From Alphaproteobacteria bacterium (GTDB lineage Bacteria; Pseudomonadota; Alphaproteobacteria; SP197), in contig OZ245842.1 in the NCBI GenBank assembly GCA_965228895.1, forward strand, positions 3,604,814 through 3,668,813: a DNA stretch of 64,000 nucleotides. The letters run 5' to 3'. Below the pieces are notes generated by a model that ran no database searches, was not told the origin of the DNA, and saw only the letters and a program-made list of their open reading frames with translations. The position numbers and the translations under genes are program-made. Positions 1-9,093 of the stretch are shown here, in pieces (within the stretch, counting starts at the first letter, position 1; each line of letters starts with the position of its first letter).

Positions 1-1
1 G

Positions 2-1294
2 ATGGACCTCTTTCTTGGTGCGTTCGCACCGTCCGAGTTCGATGTCCAGGCCGCCGAACCCAAGCCAGACGAAAACGGTGTCGACTTCACGATCTACCCG
101 TGCGTCGCACTGCCCGATGACTGGGAGACGTTCCTCAAAACGCATATGGGTCACACGACACGCAAGCATGCACGGCGGGCCATGCGGCTTGTCGATGGCG
201 GCGAACTCAGCGTGACCCACGCGACGCCTGAGACCATCGACCGCGATCTCGACATCCTGCTCGGCCTTTGGAAGACAGCTTTCGAGACCGTGAAGACAGA
301 GGCCGCACTTGAGACCGAAATCAACCATCACCGCACCATGCTGCGGGCCTGTTTCGATGAAGGCGATGTCATGCTGCCGGTGCTGTGGCAAGGCGACAAG
401 CCGATCGGCGCGCGGGCCCGCCTGCTGGATCGAAAGAACCGATCGATGATCTGCCTTGTCGGCGCCCGTGACCTGTCGGTCCGGCGCCCGCCGCCGGGCT
501 TCATCGTTCATCTCTATTCGATCCGCTGGGGCATCGAGAACGGCTTCAAGACCTACGACCTGCAGCTCGGTGACTACAGCTACAAGTACGATTTCGGGCC
601 CGAGGAACGACGCATCATCAACCATGCTGTCGTGACAAAGAGCAAAAAGAACCTGCGCGGCAAGGTCGAGCCACGTTCGCTGCCGTATGTCTTCGCCATG
701 GTGCAGCGTTTCGCGGCAGGCGGCGACGTAGCCAACGCCGCGACGGGTTGCCGCCAGATCCAGCAGGTCGACCCCGACCACGCCGGCGCGGGCGAGTTGG
801 TCGAAAAGATCGACGCGGCGGCCCAACCCACCGACGATCCGGTCGCCGACGCACGGCGCCTGGCCCAACAGGGCGCGTTCGACGACGCCGAAAAGATGCT
901 GACCGAAATGCTGAACGACGACCCCAAGAACTTCGACGCTCGTTACGCCTTGGGCCTGACTTATCTTAAGCAAGGCGACAGCAAGAACGCCGAACAGCAC
1001 CTGAGACGCGCCATTGCGCTGAACGGCAAGGTCGCGTCAGCCTACTACAGCTACGGTAACACGTTGGCAGCACTCGGACGCCACGCCAAGGCGCTCAAGA
1101 GCTACAAAAAGGCGATCTCGCTCAGACCCGACTATCCGCAGGCCCACAACGCATGCGGCGAGACCCTTATGTTGCTTGGACGACGCGCCGAAGCGCTGAA
1201 GAGCTTCGATCAGGCGCTGGCAATTCAGCCCGGTTTCGCGCCGGCGCGCGATAACATCGACAGATTGACGAGTATCGACAGCCGGCGAAGGTAG
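2..1294 (+). CDS. CelD/BcsL-type GNAT (Acetyltransf_6/FemAB-like) domain fused to C-terminal TPR repeats; 5' end lies outside the window
   Basis: ORF is open from the window edge. The block RSMICLVGARDLSVRRPPPGFIVHLYSIRWGIENGFKTYDLQLGDYSYKYDFG matches the CelD-like GNAT signature (SPG..L....I..A...G....D...G...YK). The last ~130 aa are 34-aa TPR units (AYYSYGNTLAALGRHAKALKSYKKAISLRPDYPQAHNACGETL). Paralog of the next gene. Confidence 0.7.
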   Translation: MDLFLGAFAPSEFDVQAAEPKPDENGVDFTIYPCVALPDDWETFLKTHMGHTTRKHARRAMRLVDGGELSVTHATPETIDRDLDILLGLWKTAFETVKTEAALETEINHHRTMLRACFDEGDVMLPVLWQGDKPIGARARLLDRKNRSMICLVGARDLSVRRPPPGFIVHLYSIRWGIENGFKTYDLQLGDYSYKYDFGPEERRIINHAVVTKSKKNLRGKVEPRSLPYVFAMVQRFAAGGDVANAATGCRQIQQVDPDHAGAGELVEKIDAAAQPTDDPVADARRLAQQGAFDDAEKMLTEMLNDDPKNFDARYALGLTYLKQGDSKNAEQHLRRAIALNGKVASAYYSYGNTLAALGRHAKALKSYKKAISLRPDYPQAHNACGETLMLLGRRAEALKSFDQALAIQPGFAPARDNIDRLTSIDSRRR

Positions 1295-1397
1295 GGTGAT
1301 GGCACCCTCCTGATCCCAAGCTGCGGATCTTGCTGCACGGACCTGCGGGACTAGGCTTTGATATAGCGGAACCAATGCGCCAGGATGATGTCGCCTG

Positions 1398-3131
1398 GTG
1401 ACGAATTGGATGCAGCACATGTCGGATGCGGTTCAAGTCGATGTCATCGATGACATCAAGGCGCTTCGCTGTCAAAGGGACGCATGGGATGCAGTCTATC
1501 AGGCCGACCCCCAGGCTCACATCTTCCTGTCGTGGATTTGGCTGACGAATTGGCTCGATCTGGTCAGTGAGCCATGGATGGTACTCGCAGCCCGGCAGAA
1601 AAAGGAGGACGCGCCCTACTGCGCCTTCTTTCCTGTCCAGTTGTGGTCGGAACGCGATCAGGGTCCCGGCTTCATCAACACTGTGCGCATGGGCGGCATG
1701 CTCCTTGCCGGTTACTCCGGTGTCCTTTGCGACCCCCGCTTCGAAGCGGATGTCGTGCCGGCACTCACACGACGCCTTCTCGACTTCAATTGGGCAGGCC
1801 TTTATCTCACCAGCACGCGCATGTCGGAAGAACGGTATGCACTGCTGGTGACTGGTTTCGAACCGTCCTCGTTCCGTGTCATCCAGCAGCCGCCGCTTAT
1901 CGACGAAAACGGAATCGACAAGTCGGTGAACTGTTACGTCGAGCTTCCGGCTGACTGGGAGACATTTCTGTCGCAGAATCTAGGGTCGAAAATGCGCGCA
2001 CACGCGCGCCGCTACATGAGGCATCTGGAGTCTGGAGAGCTTCGCGTGACGCACACAACGGCCGAGACGTTGGGTGGCGATCTCGATACACTCTACCGAT
2101 TCTGGGAAGATAGATGGGGTTCAATCAAGTCCGACCAAAATCTCGCCTATAGTGTCCGCTATGGACGCACCATGATCGAACGCTGTTTCCGCGAAGACGC
2201 CGTTCTCATCATGACTCTTTGGCATGGCGAAGAACCCGTGGGCGTCCAGATGAAGTATCTGGATTTCGTCAACAAGACGATCATCTGCAACATTGACGGC
2301 CGCGACCTAGACTTTCGTCGGCCTTCACCGGGCCTGGTCCTTCACTTCTACGCAATTCGTTGGGCAATCGAAAACGGATACCAGACCTACGACTTGCAGC
2401 TTGGCTCCGATGCCTACAAGTACGACCTTGGTGCGATTGATCGCAGGTTGGCCAACACAATCATCGCGACAAGAAACAACAAGAACCGGCGTGATCGCCT
2501 TGACCCGCGATCTCTCGACAGCGTTCTGCTCCTTTCACAACACGCTGCGACGACCGGTGACTTCGACAATGCCAAGGTTGGATGCGCGCAGATACTTCAG
2601 GTCGACCCGAAGCACGCCGGCGCCCGCGACCTGCTCAGCAAGGTCGACGACGCGCTGGCCGCAACAGTCAAGAAACGGATCATCGAAGCACAGCAGTTGG
2701 TACGGCAAGGGGCCATTGACCAGGCTATCGGAGTATTTGAAGACGTTCTCGCAGCCGAACCGAAGAACTACGACGCGCGACTCATGGTCGGGCTTGTTTA
2801 CCTGCATCAAGGCAACGCGACCGCCGCTGAAAAGCACATCCGCCAAGCTCTCGTCATCAACGCGAAGGCGGCTCCCGCCCACTTCAACTACGGCATGGCG
2901 CTGCGCGGCCTTGGACGTGGCGCAAAGGCGCTTAAGAGTTTCAAGAAAGCAATTTCGCTGAAACCCGATTACGTCGAAGCGCACAATGCCAGTGGTGAAG
3001 TTCTGGCGTCCACGGGCCGACACGCGGAGGCGCTGAAGTGCTTCGACAAGGCGATCTCGCTTCAGCCTGGCTACGCACTCGCGCGCCAGAACCGCGACCG
3101 TGTCGCACCACTCGTCAAACGGCAGCGCTAG
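1398..3131 (+). CDS. CelD/BcsL-type GNAT-TPR fusion protein, full-length tandem paralog
   Basis: 577-aa ORF with a GTG start at 1398 (ATG alternatives at 1410 and 1419). Same GNAT core (RPSPGLVLHFYAIRWAIENGYQTYDLQLGSDAYKYDLG) and same C-terminal TPR block as the upstream gene. Confidence 0.75.
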   Translation: MTNWMQHMSDAVQVDVIDDIKALRCQRDAWDAVYQADPQAHIFLSWIWLTNWLDLVSEPWMVLAARQKKEDAPYCAFFPVQLWSERDQGPGFINTVRMGGMLLAGYSGVLCDPRFEADVVPALTRRLLDFNWAGLYLTSTRMSEERYALLVTGFEPSSFRVIQQPPLIDENGIDKSVNCYVELPADWETFLSQNLGSKMRAHARRYMRHLESGELRVTHTTAETLGGDLDTLYRFWEDRWGSIKSDQNLAYSVRYGRTMIERCFREDAVLIMTLWHGEEPVGVQMKYLDFVNKTIICNIDGRDLDFRRPSPGLVLHFYAIRWAIENGYQTYDLQLGSDAYKYDLGAIDRRLANTIIATRNNKNRRDRLDPRSLDSVLLLSQHAATTGDFDNAKVGCAQILQVDPKHAGARDLLSKVDDALAATVKKRIIEAQQLVRQGAIDQAIGVFEDVLAAEPKNYDARLMVGLVYLHQGNATAAEKHIRQALVINAKAAPAHFNYGMALRGLGRGAKALKSFKKAISLKPDYVEAHNASGEVLASTGRHAEALKCFDKAISLQPGYALARQNRDRVAPLVKRQR

Positions 3132-3149
3132 ATAGTTGAGCGATTACAC

Positions 3150-4184
3150 CTAACTTACGGCCAGCAGTTCTCGCGCCCGTTTCGCGATGCCGTCAGCGTC
3201 CAGCTCATAGTGCGCATAAAGCGCTGCCGGCGGACCGATCAGGGCGTAAGTGTCGTCGATGCCGTGGCGGGTGAAGGGAACGCGGTCCATCTCGACCAGC
3301 ACCTCGGCGACCGCGCTACCCAGGCCGCCGATCACGTTGTGCTCCTCAACGGTCATGACGGCGCCGGTCTCGGCGGCTGCTGCGGCGATGGCGTCGCGGT
3401 CGAGAGGTTTGATCGTGTGCATGTCGAGCACGCGCACGGATAGGCCATCGGCTTCCAACATAGCTGCCGCTTCCAACGACGGATGTACCTCTGAGCCCGT
3501 GGCGATAAGCGTCAGGTCCCTGCCATCCCGCAACGTAATCGCCTTGCCGAACACGAGGTCGTCCGGCACGGTCTCGTAGACATCGGGATCGCGGCCACGG
3601 CCAAGGCGGATATACATGGCGCCCGGATGATCGACGGACTTGCGCAGCACCGCGCGCAGGTGGTTGGCGTCGGTCGCGCACACCACAGTCAGCCCGGCGA
3701 TCGTGCGCATCATGCCCAGATCCTCGGTCGCGTGATGGCTGGTGCCGTAAAAGCCCATGGAGATGCCGGAGTGATGGCCGACCGCGCGCACGGGCATTTC
3801 GGGATAGGCACAGTCGGTGCGGATCTGTTCGGCGCACAGGATGGCGCAAAAGGCCGCGAACGTCGCGGCATAGGGAATCTGGCCGGATGCCGCCATGCCG
3901 GCCGCCGCCGTTATCATGTTCTTTTCCGCGATTCCGAAATCGAAGTAGCGCTCGGGGTGGCGCGCCTGGAACTCGGTCGTGCGGTTGGCGGTCGCAAGAT
4001 CGGCGGTCAACACCACAATGCGCGGATCCTTGTCGGCCAGCGCCGCCAGTTCGTCGCCCAAAACGAACGCCGGCAGGCGCGAGGCCGGTGTGCCTTTGGT
4101 CGATTCACTTTCGCTGAGCTCGGCGATGCCGGTAAAGATATCGCTCTGGTTTTGGCCGCTGTCGTAGTCCGGGCGCCCGCTCAT
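3150..4184 (-). CDS. Transketolase, C-terminal (pyrimidine-binding plus C-terminal domain) subunit of a split transketolase
   Basis: Typical motifs DLATANRT, FDFGIAEKNMITAAAGMA and HHATEDLGMMRTI. Its start overlaps the stop of the N-terminal subunit gene (ATGA at 4181-4184). Confidence 0.9.
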   Translation of the reverse strand: MSGRPDYDSGQNQSDIFTGIAELSESESTKGTPASRLPAFVLGDELAALADKDPRIVVLTADLATANRTTEFQARHPERYFDFGIAEKNMITAAAGMAASGQIPYAATFAAFCAILCAEQIRTDCAYPEMPVRAVGHHSGISMGFYGTSHHATEDLGMMRTIAGLTVVCATDANHLRAVLRKSVDHPGAMYIRLGRGRDPDVYETVPDDLVFGKAITLRDGRDLTLIATGSEVHPSLEAAAMLEADGLSVRVLDMHTIKPLDRDAIAAAAAETGAVMTVEEHNVIGGLGSAVAEVLVEMDRVPFTRHGIDDTYALIGPPAALYAHYELDADGIAKRARELLAVS

Positions 4185-5065
4185 ACCCCGCCTCCGTGAC
4201 CGATGACGGTGTCGGGCCCCAACTGGATCTCCTTGACCACGGCGTCATAGTCGCGCCCGACCAGATTGCCGACGTGCCAATTCAAGCTCATCTCCATCAT
4301 CTTGACGCCGCGTCCCTTGATCGTGTCGGCGATGATCATCTGGGGTTTGCCCTCGCCCGGCGGTTTGAGTTTGCCGAAGGCTTCCAGGATCGCCGGGAGG
4401 TCATGGCCGTCGATGCGCTGGACATCCCAGCCGAACGACGCGAAGCGCTGCTCCAACGGCTCGACGCTCATGATCTCTTCGGTGTGGCCGTCGATGCACA
4501 GACCGTTGCGGTCGACGATACCGATCAGCGACTCCAGGCCGAAGTGCCCGGCCGCCATCGCGGCCTCCCATACCTGGCCCTCGTTCAGTTCGCCGTCACC
4601 CAGCATGCAGAAGACCCGGTGCGAGCGGTCTTGAACACGCGCGGCCAGCGCCATGCCGACGGCGACCGATAGCCCGTGACCCAGCGAGCCCGAGCTGAAA
4701 TCCGTGCCGGGGATCTTCTTCATGTCGGGATGATCACCGAACGGCGAACCCAACCGCGTGTATTCGTCCAGCAACGCCTTATCGAAGAATCCCAGATCGG
4801 CCAGGATCGGATAGAGTCCGATCGCCGCATGGCCTTTGCTCAGGATGAACCGGTCGCGGTCCGGCCAATCGGGCTCGTGCGGCCGGATCTTGAGTTCGGC
4901 GTAATAGAGCGCGGCGAACAGTTCGGCTGCCGAAAAGGTGCTGGAGTAGTGTCCGGCGCCGGCGATCTTGGTCAAACGCACGGTTTCCAGGCGCACGAAC
5001 TTAGCGCGATCGGCCAGAAAGGCCTCAGTCACGTTGCGTCCGTTCTCTCGCGAAACCGCCGTCAT
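4181..5065 (-). CDS. Transketolase, N-terminal thiamine-diphosphate-binding subunit
   Basis: Motifs GHYSSTFSAAELFAALYY, DRFILSKGHAA and GDGELNEGQVWEA (TPP-binding GDG..N). I chose the second ATG (5065) because GAGGA lies 5 nt upstream; the track ORF extends to 5080. Confidence 0.9.
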   Translation of the reverse strand: MTAVSRENGRNVTEAFLADRAKFVRLETVRLTKIAGAGHYSSTFSAAELFAALYYAELKIRPHEPDWPDRDRFILSKGHAAIGLYPILADLGFFDKALLDEYTRLGSPFGDHPDMKKIPGTDFSSGSLGHGLSVAVGMALAARVQDRSHRVFCMLGDGELNEGQVWEAAMAAGHFGLESLIGIVDRNGLCIDGHTEEIMSVEPLEQRFASFGWDVQRIDGHDLPAILEAFGKLKPPGEGKPQMIIADTIKGRGVKMMEMSLNWHVGNLVGRDYDAVVKEIQLGPDTVIGHGGGV

Positions 5066-5271
5066 CGTGTATCCTCGCATTTGTACGCGTTCTGGAAGGT
5101 GAGCTTAATGCTGCCGGCCGGCGCAATCCAGAGAGGAAAGTCGAGTTTCCTCGGTTTTCTTGTGATCACGGCCGCAAAGTGTTTCAAGGATGTAACGGTG
5201 GCTTGTCGGGCACCGCACCGGCGCATAGTTATGTGGCCAACGCAGATCGTTCCCGAAAAAGGAGACCGCGT

Positions 5272-6081
5272 GTGATCGACGTGAAAAGGGTTCAGACCGC
5301 GACTGGCTTGGAGTTTGAGGTTGCATGTTGCGGTGACTTGGAAAAGCCCATCGTCATGCTGCATGGCTACGGCGACAGTTGGTATTCCTTCAACGGTATG
5401 CTTGAGGCCCTGCCCGACGACAAATCGGCGGTCGCGATCACCCAGCGGGGCCATGGCAACAGCGCCAAACCCGAGGACGGTTACTCGATTCAACAGTACG
5501 CTCGCGACGCCATGGGCGTTCTCGATGCTCTTGGCGTTGCCGAGGCGCCGATCGTCGGTCATTCCATGGGAACGTTCATCGCTCAAGAGATTGCCCTCAC
5601 GGCACCGTCCAGGGTCTCTCACCTCATCTTGATCGCTTCTGCGGTGACCGCGGACAACGACGTCGTGGTCGGCCTCGCCGAAGAAACGGCAAAACTGGGC
5701 GATCCAGTGCCCCGGGCCTTTGTCCACGAGTTCCAAGCCGGCACCTGTGCCAACCCCCTGGGCCCCGGTATGGCGCTCGACCAAATTGTCGATGAAAGCA
5801 TGTTGTTGCCGGCGCGAGTCTGGCGCGATGCCTTGCAAGGCCTGCTCGCCTATCGGCCCAGAGACGTCGATCCGGAGCTATCGTCGATCGACTGTCCGAC
5901 GCTTATCCTGTGGGGCGACGAAGACGCATTGTTCCTTGTTGATGAGCAATCACGGCTCAACCAGAAAATCGACGGTTCTGAACTGATGATCTACGAAGGC
6001 GTCGGGCACGGCCTCCAGTGGGAAGCCCCGGTCGAGGCGACAACCGATACGTTGTCGTTCATGGCGCGTCGCGGCGGTTAA
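5272..6081 (+). CDS. Alpha/beta-fold hydrolase
   Basis: MLHGYGDSW oxyanion region and GHSMG nucleophile elbow. GTG at 5272 is preceded by GGAG at 5261-5264. The track ORF from 5179 is probably too long. Confidence 0.8.
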   Translation: MIDVKRVQTATGLEFEVACCGDLEKPIVMLHGYGDSWYSFNGMLEALPDDKSAVAITQRGHGNSAKPEDGYSIQQYARDAMGVLDALGVAEAPIVGHSMGTFIAQEIALTAPSRVSHLILIASAVTADNDVVVGLAEETAKLGDPVPRAFVHEFQAGTCANPLGPGMALDQIVDESMLLPARVWRDALQGLLAYRPRDVDPELSSIDCPTLILWGDEDALFLVDEQSRLNQKIDGSELMIYEGVGHGLQWEAPVEATTDTLSFMARRGG

Positions 6082-6946
6082 ACGAAGACAACTGTTTACG
6101 CGACAGCCAGAATCCGGGACCGGCGTACCAGACTTGACGCTTGGCACTCTCCGGCGGTCCGCCACGATGCAGTGAGGAAATCGGGATTGGTTTGCCCCTT
6201 AGGCGCTTCAGCGCCTTGCCCAGCCGTTCGCCCGCCTCCTCATCGCGGCCGACAAACGGCACGAAACCGGCCGGGCCGAGCGCCTGGGCCTCAAACCCAG
6301 CCTCCGTGCGCGTGGCCAGCAGCATGAATCCCCACCAGTTCGTCGCGGTCAGCCCGACCAGAAGCCTGCCGCCGACCGCGAGCCGGTCGAGCCAAAGGGG
6401 CACGGGATGGGTAACACCGGCAAACGCGACCACAAGGTCGACCTCGCCCGGATCAAATGTCGCGCCGTCACCCTGCACCAGATCGATCTGCGACCACGGC
6501 GACGTGTTCTCGGCCGCCTGCGCGGCAAGGTTGGCATCGTACTCGACCGCCGTCACGCGGCCCTGTCTGCCAACCAGTTCGGCCAGGATTGCGGTGTAGT
6601 AACCGGTGCCGGCGCCGACCTGAAACACACGCTCGCCGGGGCGAAGGTTGAGCTGGTCGAACATATAGGCCCACAGACTAGGCTGGCCGTTGTTGATATC
6701 CTGCGCTTCGTCCAGCGGCACGAGGACATCGTGATAGACCCGGCGCGGGTCGGCATCCGGCGTCACGTACTTCATGTCGGAACGCGGTCCCGGCAGGATG
6801 GTCCACGGTCCCGGCCCCAGGAACCGTTCGCGCGGCACGGTGGCAAATGCCTCGACCACCGACTCATTACGCAGGACCGGCGACGTCGCACGCAATTCCT
6901 CGGCATAGGCGCGGCGCGCCGCAACAATCTGGTCCTGGTTCGCCAT
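6059..6946 (-). CDS. Protein-L-isoaspartate O-methyltransferase (PCMT)-family methyltransferase with C-terminal extension
   Basis: AdoMet motif VFQVGAGTGYYTAILAELVG in a PCMT-like context (VPRERFL, NGQPSLWAYMFDQL). I chose the internal ATG at 6946 (MANQDQIV). The upstream track extension is Arg/Pro-rich and overlaps the conserved intergenic motif. Confidence 0.75.
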   Translation of the reverse strand: MANQDQIVAARRAYAEELRATSPVLRNESVVEAFATVPRERFLGPGPWTILPGPRSDMKYVTPDADPRRVYHDVLVPLDEAQDINNGQPSLWAYMFDQLNLRPGERVFQVGAGTGYYTAILAELVGRQGRVTAVEYDANLAAQAAENTSPWSQIDLVQGDGATFDPGEVDLVVAFAGVTHPVPLWLDRLAVGGRLLVGLTATNWWGFMLLATRTEAGFEAQALGPAGFVPFVGRDEEAGERLGKALKRLRGKPIPISSLHRGGPPESAKRQVWYAGPGFWLSRKQLSSFNRRDAP

Positions 6947-6998
6947 GACGGTTCCCGAACAGCGTGTGGCCGACAACCATAGGAATTGCCACCGTGCC

Positions 6999-7048
6999 GC
7001 GCCAGCGAAGCTTGCTACCGTCCGTCCGGGTTGTTGGGGCGGCGGACG
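6999..7048 (+). repeat. Conserved ~50-nt intergenic motif with hairpin, copy A
   Basis: GCGCCAGCGAAGCTTGCTACCGTCCGTCCGGGTTGTTGGGGCGGCGGACG matches copy B at about 39 of 50 ungapped positions by my hand alignment. It contains the stem CGTCCG(T)CCG / CGGCGGACG. Confidence 0.5.
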
Positions 7049-7211
7049 ATAAACTGGATTTCCTCTCGCGCCACCCACAGTACGGCCGATCTTGATCGCC
7101 TGTCAGTGGCCGCTCATGACCCGGACATGGCCTTCCCCATCGAATGGACTTGCCGCCTGCGCGGCTATAAAATCGCTTTCCCACGATCATGTCCGGCGGG
7201 AAACCGGCAGT

Positions 7212-8987
7212 ATGGTGGAAGAACGGGTAGAACGACGACTTGCGGTCATCCTTGCCGCGGACGTGGCCGGGTACAGCCGACTCATGGATGTGGACGAGGA
7301 AGCGACGCTGCGAACGCTCATGGCCCATCGCCGGATCATCGATGGGCTGGTCAGTGGCTACGGCGGGCGTGTGTTCGGTTCCGCCCGGCGACAGCGTGAT
7401 TGCCGAGTTCTCCAGCCCAGTCGAGGCGGTGCGCTGCGCCGTCGACATTCAGCAGAATCTCGAACAGAGCAATACCGACCTGCCGGACGATCGGCTGATG
7501 CGCTTTCGAATCGGCATCAACCTGGGGCGACGTCATGGTCGAGGGCGATGACCTGCTCGGCGACGGCGTCAACGTGGCGTCGCGATTGGAGGGCCTGGCC
7601 GATGCCGGCGGCATTTGCATCAGCGGAACGGTCTACGATCAGGTCGCGGGCAAGATTGCGCAAGCGTTCGACTTCATGGGCGAGCAAACGCTTAAGAACA
7701 TCGAGGGTCAGGTTCGCGCCTACCGCGTTTCAGTCGACCCGGCAACGACGGTGGCCTCTGACGCGTCACACGCTTCATCGGCGCTGGAGTTCGCGCCGCC
7801 CGACCGGCCCTCCATCGCGATCATCCCGTTCAAGAGTTTGGCGAGTGACGCTGACAAAGACTACATCGCCGACGGGATCAGGCTCGGGATTTCGGCGACG
7901 TTGACGCAGCTTTCCGGCTTGTTCCTCGTCCACGCACCCGCGCTCAACGTCTACCGTGGCAAGGATGTCTCCGCCTCGTTGGTGGGCAGCGAGGTGGGCG
8001 CGCGCTACATCTTGGAAGGCGCGGTCCAGCAAGCCGGCAATCGCGTCCGGGTGACGGTGCAGCTCACCGATACTCACACCGAACGAACCATCCTGGCCGA
8101 ACGCTATGATCGCGTTCTCGTCGATATCTTCGTGCTTCAAGACGAGATTACCAGAGAGGTCATCTCGTCGCTCAACATCAAACTCGCGACCAACGAACGA
8201 AACAGGGTTTGGTTCGCGAAGCTGACGAGCCCCGAAGCGGTGGAGTACTACTATCGCGGCGCCAGCCAACTTCTACGAGCTCAACAAAGACGACAACGCG
8301 ACCGCGCGAGAATTGTTCGAGCAGCTTTACCGGGTCCAGCCCGACTCGGTGGTGGGGCCGAGCTATGTCTCCGTGACACACTGGATGGATGCATTCTTCG
8401 ACTGGACGGAACCGACGGCCGGATCCATGGAACAGGCGGCCGCCTGGGCGAAGAAGGCCATGGCGTACGAGGACAACAACGGCATCGGCCATGCCGTCTT
8501 CGGCCACCTGCAGCTTCTCGACGGCAACTATGATGAAGCGCTCGCCACCTGTTCCAGCGGCGCCAAGCTCCGTTCCAGTTGCCCGCTGGCGCACGGACTT
8601 CTGGGCCTTGTGCTCAACTACTGCGGCGATTCAAGGTCGGCGGTCAAAAGTGTCAAGGAGGCCCTGCAACTGGAGAAGGTCTATCCGGTCTGGCTGATCG
8701 ACATCCTTGCGGTCGCCTACCGGGATTGCGGCGACGTCGAACTTTCGATACCCGCGGCTAAGGAGTCCCTGCGGCTCAACCCGCAGAACAACGACGCTAG
8801 GCTGATCCTGTGCAGCGATTACAAACTCGCGGCCAACCATGAGCAGGCCCGTCGATTGGCCGACGACATCATCGCCAGCGACCCCGGGTTCCGCCTGTCC
8901 AACTATGCCAAGAGTCAGCCCTACAGGGACCCCGAGCCCCTCGATCGTCTAATAGACGTGCTTCGCGAAGCCGGCCTTCCGGACTGA
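7212..8987 (+). pseudogene. Class III adenylate/guanylate cyclase - TPR protein, interrupted by three +1 frameshifts
   Basis: The reading frame must jump three times. MVEERVERRLAVILAADVAGYSRLM...GGRVFGSA (frame 0) joins GDSVIAEFSSPVEAVRCAVDIQ...RFRIGINLG (frame 1). That joins DVMVEGDDLLGDGVNVASRLEGLA...YYYRGASQ (frame 2), which joins FYELNKDDNATARELFEQ...REAGLPD (frame 0). The joined product is colinear with the intact paralog at 29963-31705. Confidence 0.7.
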
Positions 8988-9037
8988 CCACCGCCGATTG
9001 CAGCGGGATCCGCCTTGGGACCGACGCCGGCGATGCG

Positions 9038-9087
9038 GCGCCAGAGAAGCTTGTTATAGTCCGCCCGGTTTGTGCGGGCGGAGGAAC
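9038..9087 (+). repeat. Conserved ~50-nt intergenic motif with hairpin, copy B (5' leader of the GMC oxidoreductase gene)
   Basis: GCGCCAGAGAAGCTTGTTATAGTCCGCCCGGTTTGTGCGGGCGGAGGAAC. There is a perfect 8-bp stem TCCGCCCG/CGGGCGGA (9060-9082). Its 3' arm overlaps the GGAGGAA Shine-Dalgarno of the ATG at 9094. Confidence 0.5.
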
Positions 9088-9093
9088 ATATCC

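Noticed and set aside
7212-8987. Programmed ribosomal frameshifting as an explanation for the split cyclase gene.
   Set aside because: Three separate +1 events would be required. None sits on a recognisable slippery motif or is followed by a stimulatory structure. Simple single-base insertions explain the pattern.
9036-9056. A sigma-54 promoter within the conserved motif (GGCGCC-N-AAGC with the correct GG-to-GC spacing).
   Set aside because: Only copy B has the GG dinucleotide; copy A reads GCGCC. The -12 element is AAGC rather than TTGC, and no enhancer-binding-protein gene is nearby.
8998-9093. N-terminal extensions of track ORFs. Examples: 8998-9093, 6947-7078, 10760-ORF to 11737, 22952-ORF to 23815, 25020-25136, 29354-29500, 31741-31836 and 39181-ORF to 40230.
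   Set aside because: The extensions are Arg/Pro-rich, overlap intergenic motifs or neighbouring genes, and lack SD sequences. Internal starts have good SDs and begin exactly where family-conserved N-termini begin.
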